Positions 49,372 to 60,686 of a DNA stretch of 64,000 nucleotides are shown here, one piece after another. Origin of the DNA: an uncultured Bacteroidota bacterium (GTDB lineage: Bacteria > Bacteroidota > Bacteroidia > Chitinophagales > Chitinophagaceae); assembly GCA_903904855.1 (NCBI GenBank), contig CAIVEH010000136.1:1168-65167 (forward strand). The letters run 5' to 3'. Each line of letters opens with the position of its first letter. Position 1 is the stretch's first letter. Both the position numbers and the translations under genes were made by a program. The notes below the pieces were generated by a model that searched no databases, was not told the DNA's origin, and worked only from the letters and a program-made list of their open reading frames with translations.

Positions 49372-52300
49372 ATGAATTTTCAGTCTGTTAACCTCAGGCA
49401 GTATTGCTTTGTGGTATTTTTATTGGTTTCAACTGTTTTGTCGTTCAGTTCTTCTGCCCAGATAATCGGGGTTAATAATATTTGTGTAGCAGCCCCTACC
49501 TCATATACTATTGCCACACCTGGTGGCTACTGGAGCATGACTAATCCTGCCAGAGCATATATTGATCCTTATGGCGGAGTAGTAACAGCTATTAGTCCGG
49601 GATTGGATACGATTATATATAATTATTATGGAGTTATAACTATTAAACCCATTCTAATCCATCCTATACCGCAGCCTATCAGTGGCCTTTCTTCAGTTTG
49701 TAGTGGCGCGTCAATAACATTATCAGACGCAACATCGGGTGGTACATGGAGCAGCAGTAATCCGTCCATAGCCCCTGTAGGCGCTGGTAGCGGAATTGTA
49801 GCTGGTGTTTCATCTGGTTCAACAGTTATTTCTTATACATTGACTACTACAGGCTGTTATGTAACTGCCCCTGTTTATGTTTATCCATATCCAAGCCAGT
49901 TTATCGGATGCGATAATGCCGGGGTGGGTGACAGTCTTTCTTTTTATGGTGTTCACCCAACTGATGTCTTAACAACCGATCCGAGTGTAGCTATATTTGA
50001 TCCGGTGAGTCTAAAAGTTATTGGTGTAGCTCCAGGAACAACACCAGTTTCGATAATTGATGGCTATTCAGGCTGTCCGACCGTTCAGCGGATAGTAACA
50101 ATAACACCGGCAGCAATGATATACCCGATAACAGGAACTAACATCTTATGTGCCGGAAATACAGCTATGCAAAGTGATTCAATTTCTGGTGGCGTATGGA
50201 CCAGCAGTGATCCTACAATCGCTTCCGTTTCTACATCTGGTCTTGTAACATCAGTATCAGGAGGTCTGGCGATAATAACTTATTCGGTTGGAGGGTATAC
50301 CTGCAATGAACCATTTGCTGTAAATTCATTGCCATTGCCAATAACCGGGCCAACAGCTGTTTGTGCCAGTAATACAATAGCCTTGTATTCAGGTGCAGGT
50401 AGCTACAATTATGGAACATCGATTGATTACAGTGTATGGGATTATTCCAACCCAACCTTTATTGGGTCAACCTCGTATTATGGCGGAGGATATTTTACCA
50501 GCAGCGACAGCAGTATAGCTAATATTGTGATCAGTTATTGGCCGGCTACCGGATATATAAACGGATTGGCATCGGGCGCAGCTGTGATAACTTATACAAA
50601 CAGTTATACTTCTTGTGCCGTAACATATCCGTTCACAGTTAACGACAATCCTTTACCTATTACCGGTCTTGATTATTTTCATTGTATAGGAGGTGGTACT
50701 ACACTGTATTCAGATGCTACACCAGGTGGGACATGGACATCAAGTAATACGTTTATTGCAACAATTGGATCAACTTCAGGCATACTGACCACTGGTTATC
50801 CTGGTACTATTGATATTACGTATACATTACCTGATGGTTGCCTTACCAGCCGGACAGTTACCAATATACTGCCTGTTACTCCTGTAACCGGAGCAAATCC
50901 GATATGCCCCGGAGCTAATGATACATTGAGCTGGTTCCCTGGTTGCACATGGACCAGCAGTAATCCGGCAATAGCCACAATAGGAGCTGCAACCGGGTAT
51001 TTAACCGGTGTTTCTTCGGGTGTTGCAGTTATTAATGCCACAATGGGTACGGGGTGCAATATAGCCCGGTATGTAACCATAAACCCCGTTCCTGGGGCTA
51101 TTGGCGGCTCATCGGTAGTTTGTGCAGGCGATGTAGTAAGCTTATCTTCATTAACAGCCGGTACCTGGTATTCTCTTGATACTACTGTTGCCACTGCTGA
51201 TGCTTTGTCAGGTATTGTCAGTGGTGTTTCTCCGGGTGTTGCCCCAATTGTGTTCACCAATGGTTTCGGGTGCACCACAACAAAAATGGTAACTGTTGAC
51301 CTTACTCCTGTTACCGGACCTCTTACCGGCCCCGATATGGTTTGCCAGGGATCTTTCATCACCCTGTCAGATACAGTAACAGGTGGTATTTTCAGCAGCA
51401 GTTTGCCTGGCGTTACCACTGTAAGCGGTACCGGTGTTGTAAGTGGAATTGCAGCAGGTGTTGCTACAATATCTTATTCTGTTTCTTCGATCTGTGCAAC
51501 AGCTATAGCCACCCAGGTGGTAACTGTTAATGCATTGCCTGTTTCGGGTTCTTTAACAGGTCCTTCAACTGTATGCCCGGGCGCAACAATTACATTATCT
51601 GGTTTTGATACCGGCGGTGTCTGGTCTTTATCCAATGTGCATGCCACCGGATCGGCTGAGCATATTACAGGCGCTTCTGCAGGCACAGATACTGTATACT
51701 ATTCTGTTACCAACATCTGCGGTACTTCAGTATCTTCAAAAATTGTTACAATCAATCCGCTTCCGGTTGTTGCTCCTATTACAGGTGCATCAACAGTTTG
51801 TCTTGGCGCTTCAATTACTTTATCAGATGCAATTCCGGGTGGTAGCTGGTCAAGTACCAGCTATGCAAGCGTTTCAGGAGGCACTACAACCGGAGTATAT
51901 GCCGGAACAGCTATTATCAGTTATACTTCTGTTACGCCATGCGGTACTGTCGCGGCTACCAAAACCATTACCATTAATCCACTGCCATATGCCGGAGTCA
52001 TTACAGGCAGCGCCTATGTGTGCAGAGGTTCTTCAGTTGTCCTGATTGATAGTACAACAGGCGGAGTATGGAGCAGCAGCAATGGTAATGCCACAGTGTC
52101 AGGCGGAACAATATCTGGAATTACTACTGGTCTTGATACAATTGGCTATTCTGTTTCAAGCAGTTGCGGAACTGCAAATACAATACAGGTAATTTCGGTA
52201 AATCCACTACCGGTACAATATAATGTTACGGGTGGCGGAAGTTATTGCGCTGGTGGTGCCGGTGTTGATATCACCCTGAGTACAAGTCAGATATGGACCA

Positions 52301-53001
52301 GCTACATGGTTTACCGCGATAGTGTTTCTACCGGCGTTTCATTGGATGGAACTGGCGCTGCTCTTGATTTCGGGCCATTCACTACAGGCAAGTATACTAT
52401 CGTGGCCACAGGAAGCACTACAGGTTGTGTAAATGGTATGACAGGTTTTGACACTGTTTATATTGCGCCTCCTGTTGTACCGGCAGTAACTATAACTGCG
52501 CATCCCGGAACTTATATTGGTGTTGGTTCGTATGATACGCTCACAGCCAATATTACAGGAGGAGGAACTTCACCCACTTATCAATGGTCTTTAAATGGCA
52601 GCGATATTTATGGCGCTACATCTTCTGTTTATTACAGCAACACATTTTTTTATGGCGATTCAGTTAAATGCTTTGTTACGAGCAGCGCTCAATGTGGTAC
52701 TTCAAGTACCGGATCTATAGTTATTACTACTTATAGTTCGGGTGTGAAAAATGTAGGTACAACAAATGATATTCAGCTGTTCCCTAATCCGAATAAGGGA
52801 ACCTTTACCTTCAACTGTTCAGCCGGAACAAATGACGAAATACAGATTGTCATCAATAACCTGACGGGTGAAAAAGTGATGGAATTATCAACCACAACAA
52901 ACAGACTGACCAATATTAAACTGGATGCTCCTCCGGGAATCTATTTTTTAACTGCTATTTCATCAGCAGGCAAGTCAGTAATGAAGGTTTCTGTGGAATA
53001 G
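49372..53001 (+). CDS. T9SS type-A cargo with many Ig-like repeats
   Basis: Signal peptide; more than 10 GGTWSSS-type repeats; one GGGSYC repeat at ~52225; CTD LFPNPN...MKVSVE. Confidence 0.88.
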   Translation: MNFQSVNLRQYCFVVFLLVSTVLSFSSSAQIIGVNNICVAAPTSYTIATPGGYWSMTNPARAYIDPYGGVVTAISPGLDTIIYNYYGVITIKPILIHPIPQPISGLSSVCSGASITLSDATSGGTWSSSNPSIAPVGAGSGIVAGVSSGSTVISYTLTTTGCYVTAPVYVYPYPSQFIGCDNAGVGDSLSFYGVHPTDVLTTDPSVAIFDPVSLKVIGVAPGTTPVSIIDGYSGCPTVQRIVTITPAAMIYPITGTNILCAGNTAMQSDSISGGVWTSSDPTIASVSTSGLVTSVSGGLAIITYSVGGYTCNEPFAVNSLPLPITGPTAVCASNTIALYSGAGSYNYGTSIDYSVWDYSNPTFIGSTSYYGGGYFTSSDSSIANIVISYWPATGYINGLASGAAVITYTNSYTSCAVTYPFTVNDNPLPITGLDYFHCIGGGTTLYSDATPGGTWTSSNTFIATIGSTSGILTTGYPGTIDITYTLPDGCLTSRTVTNILPVTPVTGANPICPGANDTLSWFPGCTWTSSNPAIATIGAATGYLTGVSSGVAVINATMGTGCNIARYVTINPVPGAIGGSSVVCAGDVVSLSSLTAGTWYSLDTTVATADALSGIVSGVSPGVAPIVFTNGFGCTTTKMVTVDLTPVTGPLTGPDMVCQGSFITLSDTVTGGIFSSSLPGVTTVSGTGVVSGIAAGVATISYSVSSICATAIATQVVTVNALPVSGSLTGPSTVCPGATITLSGFDTGGVWSLSNVHATGSAEHITGASAGTDTVYYSVTNICGTSVSSKIVTINPLPVVAPITGASTVCLGASITLSDAIPGGSWSSTSYASVSGGTTTGVYAGTAIISYTSVTPCGTVAATKTITINPLPYAGVITGSAYVCRGSSVVLIDSTTGGVWSSSNGNATVSGGTISGITTGLDTIGYSVSSSCGTANTIQVISVNPLPVQYNVTGGGSYCAGGAGVDITLSTSQIWTSYMVYRDSVSTGVSLDGTGAALDFGPFTTGKYTIVATGSTTGCVNGMTGFDTVYIAPPVVPAVTITAHPGTYIGVGSYDTLTANITGGGTSPTYQWSLNGSDIYGATSSVYYSNTFFYGDSVKCFVTSSAQCGTSSTGSIVITTYSSGVKNVGTTNDIQLFPNPNKGTFTFNCSAGTNDEIQIVINNLTGEKVMELSTTTNRLTNIKLDAPPGIYFLTAISSAGKSVMKVSVE

Positions 53002-53027
53002 GGCTATTCCATTTTATTTGTTCAGAC

Positions 53028-53059
53028 GGTAATGCTGAAACTTTGTTTTCAGCATTGCC
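53028..53059 (+). terminator. Stem-loop after the T9SS cargo gene
   Basis: GGTAATGCTGAAA-CTTTGT-TTTCAGCATTGCC. Confidence 0.65.
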
Positions 53060-53226
53060 TTGCCAATAACAGCTTCAACAATTGCAACTGTCAATGCGTT
53101 CCATCGGTATTGTGCAGTGCGCAAATGCTATTTGGCATCCTTCCCGATGATCCGGAAATCCAATCATGAAGACAGAAAACCTGAAAATTATTTTCCGGAT
53201 TATAAAAAAATGATGATTTTTATAGT

Positions 53227-54081
53227 ATGAAAACACATTTACTGATCATCCTGTTTTTGGTTCCGTTTATTGGCAGCTTTGGCCAGAACAAGCCATCTAT
53301 AGAAGACTACGATAAAGCAATAGCATCCGACCCAAAAAATGCGGTGGCCTGGTACTACAGGAGTGTGCTTAAGAGCAACAAGGCGGACTATAGAGGAGCA
53401 ATTGAAGATTGCAAAAAGGCACTGGAAATCAAGCCTGATTATTTCGAGGCTTTGTTTGCTGCCGGACTTGATTATGCCGATCTCAGAAATCCAGAAGAAG
53501 CGATCAGTTACTTTACCAAAGCGCTTAAAATTAATCCTAATTCCGCTACTACCTGGTACAACCGTGGTGTTAACCGGTCACTGATTAAAGACTATAAAAA
53601 TGCTGAAAGTGATTTGACCAAGGCAATAGAATTAAACGGCAATTTTGCAGAAGCTTATGAGCAGAGGGCAGTTGCAAAGAACAGCTCAAAGGATTTTGCA
53701 GGCGCTCTTAAAGACTTTAATAAAGCATTGCAGTTAAAGCCAGCCTACCCTGATGCTCTTATTGGCAGGGCTGCAGCCTATACCAACATCCTTGATCATA
53801 AAAACGCTATAGCCGACTATACCAGCGCTATAAAATTAAGCCCCCGCAATGCTCAGATCTGGCTGAAAAGAGGCATGTCTAAAAGCTATATGAAAGATTA
53901 TGAAGGATCTATCAGTGACCTGACTGAAGCCATTAAAATAAATCCTTTATTTATGGATGCCTATATCAACCGGGGGCTTGCAAAATTTGCTTTAAACCAG
54001 AATGGATGTTTGGACCTGAAAAAGGCCGCAGATGCAGGTAATCCGAATGGGCAGCGTTTTATGAAGCAGTATTGTAAATAA
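53227..54081 (+). CDS. Exported tetratricopeptide-repeat protein
   Basis: Signal peptide plus ~7 TPR units (AIEDCKKALEIKP, ALKINPN..WYNRG, AIKINP..AYINRG). Confidence 0.9.
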   Translation: MKTHLLIILFLVPFIGSFGQNKPSIEDYDKAIASDPKNAVAWYYRSVLKSNKADYRGAIEDCKKALEIKPDYFEALFAAGLDYADLRNPEEAISYFTKALKINPNSATTWYNRGVNRSLIKDYKNAESDLTKAIELNGNFAEAYEQRAVAKNSSKDFAGALKDFNKALQLKPAYPDALIGRAAAYTNILDHKNAIADYTSAIKLSPRNAQIWLKRGMSKSYMKDYEGSISDLTEAIKINPLFMDAYINRGLAKFALNQNGCLDLKKAADAGNPNGQRFMKQYCK

Positions 54082-54083
54082 TA

Positions 54084-54117
54084 CTCCATGGATCGGATTG
54101 TAATACCATCCATGGAG
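54084..54117. terminator. Hairpin between convergent genes
   Basis: CTCCATGGAT...ATCCATGGAG. Confidence 0.6.
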
Positions 54118-54140
54118 CATTATCTTTTTCTTATCAGAGA

Positions 54141-54623
54141 TTAGTTCTCCTCAACATCAATACCGTTTATGATCACAGCATCGATTGGTCTGTCTGAATG
54201 GCCGGTAGGAACAACTCCAATTGCGCTCACAACATCCATACCGCCCGTTACCTGACCAAAGACGGTGTGTTTGTCGTTAAGAAAATGATTGTCCCTCAGA
54301 TTGATAAAGAACTGGCTTCCGTTTGTATTGCGTCCGGCATTGGCCATTGATATGGTACCTGCAGCATTGCTATTAGCAGGAGTGATCTCATCGTTGAATT
54401 TATACCCCGGACCACCAGTGCCCCAGTAAGCCATTTTTGAATCGTCCTTAGTAAGCGGGTCTCCACCCTGTATCATAAAATTACTGATTACACGGTGAAA
54501 CTTCACCCCGTCATAAAATCCGGTTTTTGCAAGCTTGATAAAATTTTCGACAGTGGCAGGTGTACGGTCGCTGTAAAAATCAATTACAATGTCTCCCTTA
54601 TTTGTTTTTAATGTGGCTTTCAT
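54141..54623 (-). CDS. Cyclophilin-type peptidyl-prolyl isomerase
   Basis: FHRVISNFMIQGGDP, SMANAGRNTNGSQFFI, HTVFGQV. Confidence 0.95.
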   Translation of the reverse strand: MKATLKTNKGDIVIDFYSDRTPATVENFIKLAKTGFYDGVKFHRVISNFMIQGGDPLTKDDSKMAYWGTGGPGYKFNDEITPANSNAAGTISMANAGRNTNGSQFFINLRDNHFLNDKHTVFGQVTGGMDVVSAIGVVPTGHSDRPIDAVIINGIDVEEN

Positions 54624-54819
54624 TATGTTTTATATTATTTATAATTGTGAGTTTAAGTATTGGTAACTTAAATTTATTCTGATTACTGCAAAACTATATT
54701 TTTGTTGGTAATATTTTGAATTCCATTGGAATATTTATTGTGATAATGTTAATAACGTAAATATTTTGTTAATATAGCCAGTATAAATCCTGCATCTCTA
54801 AATTATTTGTCTGAACTTT

Positions 54820-55527
54820 TTATTGTGCTCCCCTAGGTGTATTTGCATTCCTGTACTGATGAACTGTAGCTTTAATAAAATTAAAGAAGGTGTAATCATT
54901 CATATTCCTGATCTGTTCGTACGTAGGCCTGTACCTTCTCATGTAATAGTGAAGACTATCACCTGTTAGTCCAGTAAATTTAGTTACTATGGACTCGTTA
55001 AAAGTTTTATCTACATATTTCTCTTTTTCGTAGGCGTCGTACTCTTCCTGGAAACGCCAGATTTCCCTGTTTTTATTGCTCAGCGCTGAAAAAGGCGAAG
55101 CGATCATATCGAAACCGGTAAGCTTCGGGAAATCGAGCTCATGGGCATAGAGATCATGATAACGAATGCTGTCACTTTTAAAATCATACCGGTTGCTACG
55201 GGCTACATCCATATCTTTAATTTCCGGAATTCCTTTCGAAACCAGGATCATAAAATAAGAAGGAATAAATCCATTCGGAATCCGCACCCTGACGAGTTTA
55301 TATCCGGGCCTTCTGAATTCCAGTAGTTGTCCGCTGGTTGCAGCTATGCTGAAGGCACCTTTTGCATCAGTAGTTATCCGTTCAGATGTGTAAATATTCT
55401 CTATGCTCACATCAGAAAGTACATGCCTGTCTTCCATATCCCGCACTTCTCCCTTTATCGTTTGTCCATCGATAGGGCTGCATTTAAAAAAGAATAAAAA
55501 GAGTAGCAAAATGCGTGTGGCAGGCAT
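54820..55527 (-). CDS. Exported protein with an N-terminal carboxypeptidase-regulatory-like domain
   Basis: Signal peptide, IKGEVRD..VSIEN..TDAKGAFSI..LEFRRPGY. Confidence 0.7.
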   Translation of the reverse strand: MPATRILLLFLFFFKCSPIDGQTIKGEVRDMEDRHVLSDVSIENIYTSERITTDAKGAFSIAATSGQLLEFRRPGYKLVRVRIPNGFIPSYFMILVSKGIPEIKDMDVARSNRYDFKSDSIRYHDLYAHELDFPKLTGFDMIASPFSALSNKNREIWRFQEEYDAYEKEKYVDKTFNESIVTKFTGLTGDSLHYYMRRYRPTYEQIRNMNDYTFFNFIKATVHQYRNANTPRGAQ

Positions 55528-55922
55528 AGTCGTGCTAAAATTACCTATAAAGTCTGTCCTGCTTCGGATATTTTTGTTAAAAAAATCCGTTTATGTATAA
55601 TTCAGGCTGGTTTAACTTATCCATTGGTTTTATTAGCGGGTAATTGCCAAAGCAGGGCAGAGTTTAAAACCTGCATAAAATAGCACAGTTATACTTAGAA
55701 CTGTTGTGTTTAATTGTTTCAAAATGCGTACGATTCAACAAACAAATAATAATTTGCCACCCTAAGTAGTCGAATTTTGTAAATGATTAAAATCAGCTAT
55801 TGATTTTCATCAAAATAAATTCTAATTATATTTTTAATGTTATCTAAAATCATAAAAAATAAGCTTGAAAGAGCTTAATTTTATGGTGTCTTAATTGTAT
55901 GATTAACGTATAACTCAAAATA

Positions 55923-57064
55923 ATGAAAGCAGCTATCTACCAATATAACAGCACTGGCCTTGTTAAACATGCCAATAGTGATGCAATTAGTGAACCCGAG
56001 GCTCAATTATTACTTTGTTTCGGTGCAAAAAGCCTCCTTCAGGATGGCAAGGCATTCGAGATGGTCAGGCAGAAATTTCCTGGGGCAGATATTGCAATAT
56101 GCTCCACTTCGGGCGAAATTTATAATACCGAAGTTTCAGATAATACCATTTCAATGGCTGCTATGCAGTTTTCAAAAACTCAATTAAAAACAGGATCAGT
56201 AAAAATAGAAGATTATGCCAACAGCTATGATGCAGGTGTTGGGCTGATCAGTAAATTCAACTCTGAGGGACTGAGCTATCTGCTGGTATTATCCGATGGC
56301 AGCAAGGTAAACGGCAGCGAACTGGTAAGAGGGCTGAATCATGCTGCCGGCAATACACTGCTTATTACCGGCGGGCTTGCCGGTGATGGCAGTAATTTTC
56401 ATTCTACCCTTGTTGGCTTGAATGGAGTTCCGGTTCATGGGCTTATTGCAGGTATTGGATTTTATGGAAACAATATCCATGTAAATCACGGGTCGCAGGG
56501 CGGGTGGGAAATGTTTGGCCTTGAGAAAACGGTAACCCGTTCCATCAGCAATGTGCTTTACGAAATTGATGATAAAAATGCATTGGAATTGTATAAGAAA
56601 TATCTGGGAAATGAAGCGGATTCTTTACCCGGATCAGCCCTTCTCTTCCCGCTGGCTGTTATTCTGCCAGACACAGGTGAGCAGGTGGTTCGTACTATCT
56701 TATCCATTAATGAAGAAGATGGCAGCATGACCTTCGCCGGCGATATTCCGCAGGGAGCACAGGTAAGGTTTATGAAGGCCAATTTCGATAAAATTACCAA
56801 TGCCGCCTCAGGTGCTGCTTTGCAGTCGCTGGAGGGTGATACCTTGCAACCAAAGATTGCATACTTATCAGTTGTGTAGGCCGAAAACTCATATTACAGG
56901 CAAGGACAGACGAAGAGGTGGAAGCTGTAGATGAAGTTTTTAAGCACAAAACATTATTAACCGGTTTTTACTCTTATGGCGAGATTTCACCCTTGGTAAA
57001 GGGGAACCGATGTCAGTTGCATAACCAGACCCTTACTATAACATCTTTTCATGAAACTGAATAA
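55923..57064 (+). pseudogene. FIST-domain sensory protein, frameshifted
   Basis: CSTSGEI, GGLAGDG, FAGDIP. After a 1-base deletion at ~56861 the frame continues ILISCVGRKL...GFYSYGEISP..LHNQTLTITSF to TAA at 57062-57064. Confidence 0.8.
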
Positions 57065-60000
57065 GCTTTTAGAGAAACAACTTAAGAAATTCTTTCCCGG
57101 AGATTTATACGAGCAGGAAGAAGTGAAGCGGTTTATCAGCTGTGTCAACGATTCTTATAATGCCTACGAGAAAGACATTGAATTGTCTGATCATGCTTTT
57201 AAGATAACAGAAGAAGAATACCGGGATCTGAATCATAAACTGAAAGAAGAAATAGACCTTAAAGGCACGCTGATCAATAAGCTGAAGGAAGCAGTTTCGG
57301 AAATTGGTGAAAGCTCCCTGATGGAGAAAGATGATGAACATGAAATACTCAATATAGCTACCTACCTCAAAAAGCAGATTATAAGGCAGCGGGAGGCTGA
57401 TAAAAAAATACAGGACCAGAAGCTGTTTTACGAAAATATTCTGAACCACATACCTGCCGACATAGCTGTGTTTAACAATGAACACAGGTATCTTTTCCTG
57501 AACCCCATAGCAATCACCAACCGGGAACTGAGAGAATGGATGATTGGAAAGAATGATGAGGAATATTGCATCTATAGAAACAGACCGCTCTCAATTGCAG
57601 AAGGTAGAAGAAAATTCTTTACTGAAGCAGTAGTTACCAAGAAACAGGTGGAATGGGAGGAGAAAAATACAGGTCAGGATGGAAGTATTATGTATAATCT
57701 CCGGAAAATGTTTCCTGTTTTCAATGAGGCAGGTCAGCTGGAAATGGTCATAGGCTATGGCATCAATATTACCGAGAGAAAAAAGATAGAAGAGCAGATA
57801 AGGCTGAGTGAGGCAAGGTACAAAGGAATTTTCGACAATAGTCTTGCGCTAATCTGCACCCATGATCTTAATGGTGTAATACTGGACATGAACAAGGCAT
57901 CTGTTGATACCTTCGAATATACCAGGGAAGAGCTGTTGGGTTTGTCCCTGCAGCGATTGATACCTGAGGATAAACAGGCTGATTTTGAAACCAGCTATCT
58001 CAACGTAATAAGAGAACAGGGAAAGGCTGAGGGAATAATGGTTGCGCTTAATAAGCAAGGCAAAAAGATATACCTGCTTTACCACAACTATCTTGTATCA
58101 AACGATACGGAACAGCCGTATGTGATAGGTTTCTCTCAGGATATAACAGCGCGGTTTGATGCAGAAAGGGCCTTGAAAAAGAGTGAAGAAAAATACCGGG
58201 GCATTATCGCAAACATGAACCTGGGTTTGATGGAAACAGACAAATACCAGCGCATCATTTATGCCAATAACAGCTTCTGCGATATGAGCGGTTATGATCC
58301 GCCGGAATTAACAGGTGGTAATGCCGCAGAGTTATTCTGGAAAGATGACACATCGGTAAGTAATAGTGCTGTAATGAAAAGAAGGGAGCAGGGCATATCT
58401 GATGCGTATGAACTGAAAACCAGAAATAAAAAGGGCGAGGTAAAATGGTGGCTGATAAGTGGTGCTCCTTCCTTTGACGAGAAGGGGAAATTTTTCGGAT
58501 CAATTGGTATTTACCTGGATATTACCAGGCAGAAGACCCTGGAACTAGAACTGAGGAAAGCAAAATCGGACGCTGAATTGTCGGCTCAGGCTAAAGAGAT
58601 TTTCCTTGCCAATATCAGTCATGAGATCCGGACGCCGATGAATGCAATTCTGGGTATCGGAAGTTTGCTCAATAAAACCCATCTTGGTACACAGCAAAAA
58701 TTCTACCTGAATATTATTAACAATGCAGCCAATAATTTGTTGGTCATTATTAATGACCTGCTCGATTTTTCAAAGATAGAAGCAGGAAAACTGTCCCTGG
58801 AGCATATTGGTATTGACCTTGAGGCAACAATCAGGAATGCCATACAGATACTCAATCACAAAGCTGAGGAAAAAGGACTTCTGTTAAGTTGCAGTTTTGC
58901 TAAGGGTATAGCGCCCGTGCTTATCGGTGATCCCTACCGTATCAATCAGGTTTTAATGAATTTCATGAGCAATTCGCTCAAATTTACAGAGAACGGTAAG
59001 GTAACGATATCGTGTGAACTGATATCCGAAGATGAAGAAAGCCAGGAAGTGGAATTCAAGATATCGGATACCGGCATAGGCATGAGTAAGGAATTTATGT
59101 CGAACCTTTTCGGCAAGTTCTCTCAGGAAGATGAAAGTATTACAAGGAAATTTGGCGGAACCGGCCTTGGTATGAGCATCAGCAAACAGCTGATCGAACT
59201 AATGGGTGGGTCTATAAAGGTGGAAAGCACTAAAAATGTTGGCACTACTATTTCCTTTAGTATCCGGTTTCCTAAAGGCAATCCGGAAGATCTGCCCGAG
59301 AAGCAAAGCAATACAATTGATGCATTGGTGCTGAAGGGCAAGCGGATATTGCTGGTTGAGGATAATGATATGAACCGGCTGCTGGCTACTACCATTCTCA
59401 GGCAATATGGCGCTGAGATAGAGAGGCAGAAAATGGCAGTTTGGCAATTGACATGATCAGCCGCAATAATTACGACCTGGTACTTATGGATGTGCAGATG
59501 CCGGTAAAAGATGGAATAGAAGCCACACGCTACATCCGCAGTAATATTGATAGTGGTATACCTATTATAGCGCTAACAGCAAATGCCTTCCGGAAAGAGG
59601 AAGAGCGTTGCCTGAGCGCCGGAATGAACGATTTTGTTTCAAAACCGTTTGAAGAATCTAAACTGGTACAGGTTGTAGCGCAATGGCTAGGACGGGAGAC
59701 CAAACGTCTTATCCCTGCTATTTCAGGAAATGGAGAGATAAACCCTGATGACAAAAATTTGTTCGACCTTAAAAATATAATTTCTATCAGCCGGGGAAAC
59801 GATGCGTTCGTGAGCAAAATGGTAAATACGTTTATTGAATTTATTCCGAAAACGGTGGACGATATGAGGGCTGCATATGAAAACAATGACTGGAAAACAA
59901 TTGCAAAGCTGGTGCCCCAGATTAAACCATCATTGCTGAGTATGAATATCAGCTCGGTAGATGAGGATATCAGGTATCTGGAAGAGTTTAAAACCAGGAA

Positions 60001-60088
60001 TCCGGATAAAGCCACTATGCTGAATCATCTCGACCATATCAGTGAAATTACCGGAGAAGTGGTGCGGCAACTTAAAACCCGGCGGTAA
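57051..60088 (+). pseudogene. PAS-domain hybrid histidine kinase (PAS x3, HisKA, HATPase, REC, Hpt), split by a frameshift
   Basis: FLANISHEIRTPMN, GGTGLGMSI. A 1-base deletion at ~59423 splits REC (YGAEIE / EAENGSLAIDM..MDVQMP). The Hpt His position reads Pro (LVPQIKPS). Confidence 0.8.
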
Positions 60089-60240
60089 ACAATTTGTCGA
60101 TTTTCCTGACGGCAACTAATGCTGTGTTGTGTCTGGATTTTTGAAATCGATACCGGCATTTCCTCAGTCAGTAACTATTGATAAATTCCACTTAACCGAA
60201 AATTAATTTCATTATATTTGAAAGGTTGTAAATAAAGGTC

Positions 60241-60660
60241 ATGAAAAAACTAGCGTTCTTAATTATTGTTGCTGCAATATTGGGGTTATATCCTGGTACC
60301 GCATTTAGTCAGAAGACTGCATCTGCTCACATGGGAAAGGTAACAGAAGCAGGTAATATCATTGAATTTACGCTCACTTCTGCAAAGCCCTTTATTTTTG
60401 GCAACAACAGGTATGTACTGCATATTGGCGATAAGGTTTTTTTTCGCAACCGGCAATCTTACGATGAGTCTACTCTGGAAGGCTCTCTGACTTTTATGAT
60501 AGATAAGAGCGACTTTGATGCATTGGAAACCGGCAGGGGAATTTACCTGACCTATGGTTATGCAGATGAAAAAGAACAGGCGCTGGAGGAATTCTCAAAA
60601 AACAATTTCCCCACATGCTGGCCTTTAGGTAAATTCAGTAAAGACATTTTGACCAAATAA
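60241..60660 (+). CDS. Exported hypothetical protein
   Basis: 139 aa with a clear signal peptide; TATATTTG at 60213-60220; 26 bp upstream of the hydrolase gene. Confidence 0.75.
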   Translation: MKKLAFLIIVAAILGLYPGTAFSQKTASAHMGKVTEAGNIIEFTLTSAKPFIFGNNRYVLHIGDKVFFRNRQSYDESTLEGSLTFMIDKSDFDALETGRGIYLTYGYADEKEQALEEFSKNNFPTCWPLGKFSKDILTK

Positions 60661-60686
60661 TTTCAAACGAATACAATATTAGTTTT

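Noticed and set aside
50796-51419. 207-aa antisense ORF (and similar ORFs opposite the other repeat genes)
   Set aside because: Stop-poor antisense frame of Gly/Thr/Val-rich coding sequence; no independent motifs.
59441-60088. Separate response regulator gene
   Set aside because: It begins in the middle of a receiver domain and joins the upstream kinase with a one-base correction.
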